Both the position numbers and the translations under genes were made by a program. A model generated the notes under the pieces. It saw only the letters and a list, made by a program, of their open reading frames with translations, did no database searches and was not told where the DNA came from. From positions 1 through 21,112 of the forward strand of contig JBKBRF010000073.1 in the NCBI GenBank assembly GCA_046292385.1: 21,112 nucleotides of DNA, read 5' to 3'. Positions 16,050 through 21,112 of this stretch are shown piece after piece; position 1 is the stretch's first letter, and the number at the start of each line of letters is the position of its first letter. This DNA comes from Armatimonadota bacterium. Lineage in GTDB: Bacteria; Armatimonadota; SYMT01.

Positions 16050-17006
16050 TCACGCGGCGGCGGAGACCGGCTGATCGGGTCGGCCGTGCCGCTCCAGCAG
16101 CGCCCGGTCCCAGCCGGCCATTCGGGCGGCGTGCTCGTAGGTACTCTCCAGGAACCGGTGCACCGCCGCGTCCGGATCACGGGCTTCCCGCACCACGTCG
16201 TACGGCAGGATGAACTCCGAGAAGTGGCGGCTGAAGTAGGCCCCTTCCGGCTCGATCGGCGCTTCCTCCAGCCCCGGGGGTGACGGAACCGAGTAGGCGT
16301 AGAAGGCCGGCCCGGTGAGCGGCGGGCTGCCGGGCCAGAAGCCGCAGCTAATCTGCTCGTGAGAATAGGCCTCCCGCTCTACCGCATCTGCCCCGGGGCG
16401 TTCCGGAGCCCGGCGCCCGGAGAAGCGGGTGACCGCGAGATCGAAGCTGCCCCAGAAGAGCTGCACCGGACTGCACTTGCCGACGAAGCCCGAGCGGAAC
16501 TGCCGGAGCACCCGGTCCGCCTGGAGCAGGATGCGCCAGCAGCGCTCCGCACACCCGGGGTCGTAGGTCGCGTGCAGCTCGTCGTCGTAGAACGGGGTCC
16601 GATCCGGCACCTCGTCCGGCACGGGGCGGATCTGGACCTGGATCCCCAGCCCGGCAAGCGTCTCCCGCAGCTCGTGGTAGAACGCCGCTACCGAGTGGTC
16701 CCGGAGCGGGAAGCAGCGCCGGTGTCCGGTGCTGGCGGTGATCAGGAGCTGGTGATCGATGAAGTCGAAGTCGATCTGAAACGCGCCGTTCCGGTACGGG
16801 ATCGACGTGGTCGTGAGCCCCCGGGGAGTGACGAACAGCGTGCAGTGCCACCAGTGATTGGTGGGGGGACTGAGCGTCATCCGGATCTTCCCGACGATCT
16901 GCAGCCACCGGTGGAGCGTGGCGTACGTGTCGCTCCACGCGTTGAGGGGAAGGTCCGGCCAGGGGTCGTGATTGGGTCGCCAAAGGTCGGCGTTGACGTA
17001 CAGCAT
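16050..17006 (-). CDS. DUF5996-like conserved protein
   Basis: 318 aa from ATG 17006 (GGAGG SD); 'WPDLP...TLHRWLQIVGKIR', 'NHWWH', 'GKCSPVQLFWGSFDLAVTRFSGR', 'EAYSHE..S.GFWPG'. Confidence 0.85.
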   Translation of the reverse strand: MLYVNADLWRPNHDPWPDLPLNAWSDTYATLHRWLQIVGKIRMTLSPPTNHWWHCTLFVTPRGLTTTSIPYRNGAFQIDFDFIDHQLLITASTGHRRCFPLRDHSVAAFYHELRETLAGLGIQVQIRPVPDEVPDRTPFYDDELHATYDPGCAERCWRILLQADRVLRQFRSGFVGKCSPVQLFWGSFDLAVTRFSGRRAPERPGADAVEREAYSHEQISCGFWPGSPPLTGPAFYAYSVPSPPGLEEAPIEPEGAYFSRHFSEFILPYDVVREARDPDAAVHRFLESTYEHAARMAGWDRALLERHGRPDQPVSAAA

Positions 17007-17123
17007 GGCACCCTCCAGAGGGAATCGCCGCAGCGGTGCGAGAGGCGAGCGTCCAGCTCGAGGGCCGAGGCGCCGGGGCTGCGGGGGCCGTTCACGGGCT
17101 CCGCTCATCTCTCCGATGTGCGG

Positions 17124-17132
17124 AATCTACCA
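17124..17132 (-). promoter_or_regulatory. Candidate extended -10 (TGgTAGATT) upstream of the DUF5996 gene
   Basis: Minus-strand TGGTAGATT in the intergenic gap; no clear -35. Confidence 0.3.
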
Positions 17133-17142
17133 CCGGGAGCGG

Positions 17143-17592
17143 CTAACGAAGCAGGACCCCGATGGTGATGCCGAGCGCGGCGCCGGCGAGCACTTCCAGC
17201 GGCGTATGCCCGAGCAGCTCCTTCAGCGCCTCCCGCTCTTTGAACGCCTCCTGGATGATCGAGAGCAGGAGCAGCTCGTTCAGGACGTCGGCGTGCTTTC
17301 CGGCTTCCCGGCGGAGCGAGACGGCATCGTACATCACGACCGACGCGAAGACCGCTGCGATGGCGAAGGTGGAGGAGTTTAGCCCGTCCGCGAGGCCGAC
17401 CGCCGTGGCGAGGCCCGCTACGAAGGCGGAATGCGCGCTGGGAAGGCCGCCGGTATCGATCAGCCGCCGCCAGTAGAACCGTCTCTCCAGTACGGAGAAG
17501 AGGATCATCTTCAGGATCTGGGCCGTGGCCCAGGCAACCAGCGCGCTGATCAGCGGCTGGTTGGCTAGCAGGTCTTGAAGAACGGATGGCAT
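17143..17592 (-). CDS. Divergent PAP2 family (DUF212) membrane protein
   Basis: 'AQILK', 'TGGLPSAHSA', 'VVMYDAVSLRREAGKHADVLN', 'LKELLGHTPLEVLAGA'; start ATG 17592 (TTG 17622 is an alternative). Confidence 0.93.
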   Translation of the reverse strand: MPSVLQDLLANQPLISALVAWATAQILKMILFSVLERRFYWRRLIDTGGLPSAHSAFVAGLATAVGLADGLNSSTFAIAAVFASVVMYDAVSLRREAGKHADVLNELLLLSIIQEAFKEREALKELLGHTPLEVLAGAALGITIGVLLR

Positions 17593-17643
17593 CGTCGCGG
17601 CGGTGCGGGCCGCAGGCGGCAACGGGAAGGGCGCAGCCTGGGG

Positions 17644-17672
17644 ATTATAACGGTGGGCTGAGGACGCGTCAA
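17644..17672 (-). promoter_or_regulatory. Near-consensus sigma70 promoter for the DUF212 gene
   Basis: Minus strand TTGACG (17672-17667), 17-nt spacer, TATAAT (17649-17644). Confidence 0.85.
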
Positions 17673-17769
17673 CTGAACGGTTGCCTGGCCGCTTCGCCGG
17701 AGCGACGCGCAGGGAAAGTTACCCACTCCGCCGGGCGCCTACTCCCAATTCACGACGAGCAGGCGTTGG

Positions 17770-17806
17770 TGAGCGCTACTGAGCGCTACTCAGCGCTACT
17801 GAGCGC
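17770..17806. repeat. 10-bp tandem repeat (TGAGCGCTAC) x ~3.7
   Basis: TGAGCGCTAC TGAGCGCTAC TCAGCGCTAC TGAGCGC, overlapping the stop of CDS 17796..18530. Confidence 0.9.
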
Positions 17807-18530
17807 GTAGAAAGCTGAAGAGCCGGGTGGCGTTGCCGGAAAGCACGCCCTGCCGCTCGGTTTCGGACAGCCTGGAGTCGAGCAGGATGCCGATCGAGCT
17901 GCCGGGGTTTCGCTCCGGGTGATTGCTGGCGAAGAGCACGCGGTTCGGACCCAGCGTGGCGAGCAGCGCTTCCAGCTTGCCGCGGTGGGCTCCGCCGGAG
18001 AACGGCTCCAGGAAGATATTCACGGCGCGCTTGGCGGCGAACATGGCGTCTTGCCACTGGTCGCCGCCGGCGCCCGCCGCCACGAACTTCATCGTGTTGA
18101 ACTCGGTCGCCAGCTCCTCCAGGTCGCGCACGGCGTCGCCGTTCGGGACGGAGACCAGGAGCGGCTTGGTGTAGCGGCGGTAGGCGTTGATCACCTCTCG
18201 CGCGGAGACGGTGTTCAACCGCTGCCCCACCATCTGCGGGTAGAGCGCCGCGCCGAGCCACTTCGCGCTGCCGAGATACTTCCGCATCTCCTCCGACGAG
18301 CGCTCCGGATAGGCGGGGTTCACCACCGCCCAGCCGCGCATCTGCGGGACCGAGTCGACCAGCGCCTTGACCTCCGCGTTGCCCGCGGTGATGTCGCCGC
18401 AGAGCGCGCGCCGGGAGACGACGCCCATCAGGTCGAACCGGGCCCGCTGGAGCGCGCGGGTCAGGGCGGCGCCGTCCACGTCGGTCCACGGCGTCGTCCC
18501 AAGCTGCGTTACGAGGTCTACACCAGGCAT
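17796..18530 (-). CDS. Amidohydrolase_2-fold (TIM barrel) protein, metal ligands absent
   Basis: 'GN......', 'GWAVVNP', 'NIFLE', 'LGPNRVLFASNHP', 'LSETERQGVLSGNATRLF' match the family scaffold; SD AGGA. Confidence 0.85.
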   Translation of the reverse strand: MPGVDLVTQLGTTPWTDVDGAALTRALQRARFDLMGVVSRRALCGDITAGNAEVKALVDSVPQMRGWAVVNPAYPERSSEEMRKYLGSAKWLGAALYPQMVGQRLNTVSAREVINAYRRYTKPLLVSVPNGDAVRDLEELATEFNTMKFVAAGAGGDQWQDAMFAAKRAVNIFLEPFSGGAHRGKLEALLATLGPNRVLFASNHPERNPGSSIGILLDSRLSETERQGVLSGNATRLFSFLRAQ

Positions 18531-18580
18531 AAGAGGTTCCTATGTGGAGCCAGGGGAGGGGTCTGTCGTTCGAGCTCTGG

Positions 18581-18671
18581 GTTAGCAGGTTCGCAGGTTG
18601 CAGGTTTGCAAGTTCCGAACGCCGGCGACCGGGGAGCTAACCTGCAACCTGCCAACTTGCTAACCTGCAAC
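18581..18671. repeat. GCAGGTT(N) tandem inverted-repeat element
   Basis: Left arm 18581-18614 has four GCA(G/A)GTT units; right arm 18636-18671 has four AAC(C/T)TGC units. Outer GGGGAGGGG / CCCCTCTCCC flanks are also roughly complementary. Confidence 0.88.
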
Positions 18672-18705
18672 AGGGAGCGCCCCCTCTCCCTTGCGCCCAC
18701 TCAGT

Positions 18706-19422
18706 TCAACCCAGGAGCCGCTGGGCGTTGCCTTCGAAGATCGCCTGGCGGTCGCCATCGGCGATCTCTGCGTACTGGAGCGACATCACGGCGCTGCCGA
18801 GGGTGTCGAGCGGCGCGCGGGAGCCGAAGACGATGCGGTCCGCCCCCAGGTGGCGCACCGCCGCCTCCACTGCGCCGCCGGCGGTGAGCGCGGAGGTCTC
18901 CAGCCAGACGTTCGGGCCCTTCCGCGCGGCGCTCAGCAGCGTCCCCAGCTCGTAGCCGCTCACGGAGAGGGCGGTCGGCACCGGCAGCCGCTCCACCAGG
19001 GCGTGGTCGATCACCGGCTCCCGGACTCCGGTGAGGTCGGCCAGGATCAAAGCCGCGCCGGAGAGCTTCTCCAGCACGTCGCAGAGCGGGCCGACCGCCG
19101 CGCTGAACGGGTAGCCGTGCTCCCGCGGCGCCAGGCGGAAGACCTTTACGCCCTCCGCCAGGCGGCGGCTCACCTCGTCCAGGCACTGCGGGTAGTCGAG
19201 CGGGTTCACCACCGCCACCGGCACCAGCTGCGCGTGCTTCTGGCCCAGCGCTACCGCCAGGTCGTTCCCCTGGCTGCTGCTGTAGAAGATCCCGGTGGTG
19301 TGGGTGATGAGGCTGCGGCCGACGCCGCGCGCCTGCATGCCGGCCGCGAGCGCCTCGAGGGAGAGGTCGACCTCCGTCCGCGGCCAGGAGCCGATCAGGG
19401 TGTAGCAATCGATAATCGGCAC
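18706..19422 (-). CDS. Amidohydrolase_2-fold protein, metal ligands absent
   Basis: 'IIDCYTLIG', 'GN', 'PVAVVNP', 'PNVWLETS', 'LGADRIVFGSRAP', 'DRQAIFEGNAQRLL'; GTG start, SD AGGAG, 9 nt after the gltX stop. Confidence 0.87.
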   Translation of the reverse strand: MPIIDCYTLIGSWPRTEVDLSLEALAAGMQARGVGRSLITHTTGIFYSSSQGNDLAVALGQKHAQLVPVAVVNPLDYPQCLDEVSRRLAEGVKVFRLAPREHGYPFSAAVGPLCDVLEKLSGAALILADLTGVREPVIDHALVERLPVPTALSVSGYELGTLLSAARKGPNVWLETSALTAGGAVEAAVRHLGADRIVFGSRAPLDTLGSAVMSLQYAEIADGDRQAIFEGNAQRLLG

Positions 19423-19431
19423 GCGGTGCTC

Positions 19432-20940
19432 CTATCCTTCACTACCGGCAGCGTATCGCTCCCGCGCCAGCCGCAGCCGCGCCAGGACGCGCTCCTTCCC
19501 GAGCGCCCACAGCGTCTCGAACAGCCCGGGGCCGACGGTGCGGCCGGTGGCGGCGACGCGGGTGGGGTGGATCACCTCGCCCGGCTTCACGCCGAGCTGC
19601 TCCATCACGCCGCGGACCGCCGCCTCGATCGGCTCCGGGCTCCAGTCGGTCACGCCGGCCAGCGCGGAGGAGATGGCGTCGAGCGTGCGGGGCGCCTCCG
19701 GCTTGCGGAGCCACTTCCCAACCGCCTTCTCGTCGTACTCCGGCTCCTCGCGGAAGAAGAACTCGGTCGCGGCTGGCGCTTCGGAGAGCAGCTTCAGCCG
19801 CTCCTGCTCCAGCTTCAGCACGCGGGTGACATACTCCTGGGTCGCCGCATCCGGCTGCTCCGGTACGAGCCCCGCCTGCTGGAGGTAAGGCAGGGCGCGC
19901 GCGACCAGCTCTTCCGACGGCAGCGCGCGGATGTAGACGCCGTTCATCCAGTTCAGCTTCTCGATGTCGAACACCGAGGGCGCCGCGTTGATGCCGGAGA
20001 GGCTGAACGCCGCGATCAGCTCGTCGCGAGACATCAGCTCCTGGTTGCCGCCGGGCGCCCAGCCGAGGAGCGCCAGGTAGTTCAGCAGCGCCTCCGGCAG
20101 ATAGCCCTGGACCTGGTACTCGCCGACCGAGACCGCCCCGTGGCGCTTGCTGAGCTTGCTCACTTTGCCGGTGTGCGGGTCCCGGCCCTGGATCACGCCG
20201 GGGTGGACCATCTTCGGCATCTCCCAGCCCATGGCGCGGTACTGCAGCACGTGCCGCGGCGCGGACGGCAGCCACTCTTCAGAGCGGACCACGTGGGTGA
20301 TCCGCATCAGGTGGTCGTCGACCATGTGCGCCAGGTGATACGTCGGAAAGCCGTCCGACTTCAGCAGCACGTGATCGTCCAGCTCCCGGGTGGGGTAGGT
20401 GATCGTGCCGCGGACCTCGTCGTGGAAGGTGACGTCGCCCTCCAGGGGAATGGCGAAGCGCACTACGCTTGGCGTGCCGGCCGCCTCGAATTCGGCGCGC
20501 TCCGCCTCGCTCAGGCTCCGGCAGCGTCGATCGTACCCGAACGGGTGGATATTCGCCTGCTGCCGCGCCTCGCGCACCTCCTGCAGCCGCTCTCGAGAGC
20601 AGTAGCAGCGGTAGGCGTGGCCGGAGGCGATGAGCTGCTCCACCGCGGCGTGGTAATGGGGCAGGCGCTCCGATTGCACGTACGGCCCGAACGGACCGCC
20701 CACGTCCGGCCCCTCGTCGTAGTCCATCCCCAGCCAGCGCAGCGTGTCCTTCAGCGCCTGCTCGGACTCGGCGTTGTAGCGCTCCCGGTCGGTATCTTCC
20801 AGGCGGAACAGGAACTGCCCGCCGTGGTGGCGGGCCAGCAGCCAGCTGAAGAGGGCAGTACGGATGTTGCCCAGGTGCGGCAGCCCGGTGGGGCTGGGCG
20901 CGAAGCGGGTCCGGACCGGGCCGGTGGATAGATCGCTCAT
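19432..20940 (-). CDS. gltX: Glutamate--tRNA ligase
   Basis: 502 aa; 'RTRFAPSPTGLPHLGN' (HIGH), 'RLEDTD', 'YVQSER', zinc-type 'CYC...YDRRC', 'KLSKR' (KMSKS); anticodon-binding domain present, so not GluQ. Confidence 0.99.
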   Translation of the reverse strand: MSDLSTGPVRTRFAPSPTGLPHLGNIRTALFSWLLARHHGGQFLFRLEDTDRERYNAESEQALKDTLRWLGMDYDEGPDVGGPFGPYVQSERLPHYHAAVEQLIASGHAYRCYCSRERLQEVREARQQANIHPFGYDRRCRSLSEAERAEFEAAGTPSVVRFAIPLEGDVTFHDEVRGTITYPTRELDDHVLLKSDGFPTYHLAHMVDDHLMRITHVVRSEEWLPSAPRHVLQYRAMGWEMPKMVHPGVIQGRDPHTGKVSKLSKRHGAVSVGEYQVQGYLPEALLNYLALLGWAPGGNQELMSRDELIAAFSLSGINAAPSVFDIEKLNWMNGVYIRALPSEELVARALPYLQQAGLVPEQPDAATQEYVTRVLKLEQERLKLLSEAPAATEFFFREEPEYDEKAVGKWLRKPEAPRTLDAISSALAGVTDWSPEPIEAAVRGVMEQLGVKPGEVIHPTRVAATGRTVGPGLFETLWALGKERVLARLRLARERYAAGSEG

Positions 20941-20945
20941 CGAGT

Positions 20946-21049
20946 CGTATTGCGTATCGCGTATTGCGTAGCGGTGGGTGCTTACCGTCCTACGCCAACA
21001 TCCTGCCGGGCGGCGGGCTGGAGTATTGCGTAGTGCGTTTTGCGTAACG
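20946..21049. repeat. Two same-orientation arrays of heptamer CGTATTG-like repeats
   Basis: CGTATTG CGTATCG CGTATTG CGTAGCG (20946-20973) and AGTATTG CGTAGTG CGTTTTG CGTAACG (21022-21049). Confidence 0.85.
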
Positions 21050-21112
21050 ACGGACTTCTACCGTTATACGTCAACGTCGTGCCGGGCGAGGCGCTGAATC
21101 AGCGTTCCGCCC

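Noticed and set aside
19780..19830. Calling GluRS discriminating from the Arg in 'EQERLK'
   Set aside because: Arg at this anticodon-contact position also occurs in non-discriminating enzymes; needs genome context (glnS, gatCAB).
18691..20931. 746-aa plus-strand ORF antisense to gltX
   Set aside because: Typical antisense open frame produced by GC3 bias; no recognisable domain.
21063..21074. gltX promoter from minus-strand TTGACG and TATAAC
   Set aside because: The two hexamers are adjacent with zero spacing, and neither has a properly spaced partner.

Overview
GC-rich bacterial chromosomal window, mostly housekeeping. The lineage is not determinable from sequence alone; gene content is loosely compatible with Armatimonadota or another Terrabacteria group (inference). 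Plus-strand cluster: alaS, a large uncharacterised polytopic membrane protein, ruvX/yqgF, mltG, a YqeG-type HAD phosphatase, a DUF971 protein, a PhnP-like MBL hydrolase and panD. It converges on a minus-strand pair encoding a secreted VIT-domain protein and a stand-alone beta-propeller protein. A near-consensus sigma70 promoter, TPP riboswitch and terminator drive thiG-thiE-like-thiS-thiO. On the minus strand lie gltX, two amidohydrolase-fold genes, a divergent PAP2 (DUF212) gene and a DUF5996 gene. No CRISPR, rRNA, tRNA, transposase or defence system is evident. Most unusual points: (1) the VIT protein appears to lack its vWA domain precisely and carries ~51-aa helical repeats; (2) both tandem amidohydrolase-fold proteins lack the canonical metal ligands; (3) three different heptamer tandem-repeat elements sit in intergenic gaps, two of them as inverted arms; (4) a single base at 5406 appears to remove both the ruvX stop and the mltG start; (5) the ThiE-like protein lacks several canonical residues. 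All family assignments are from motif recognition, not database searches.
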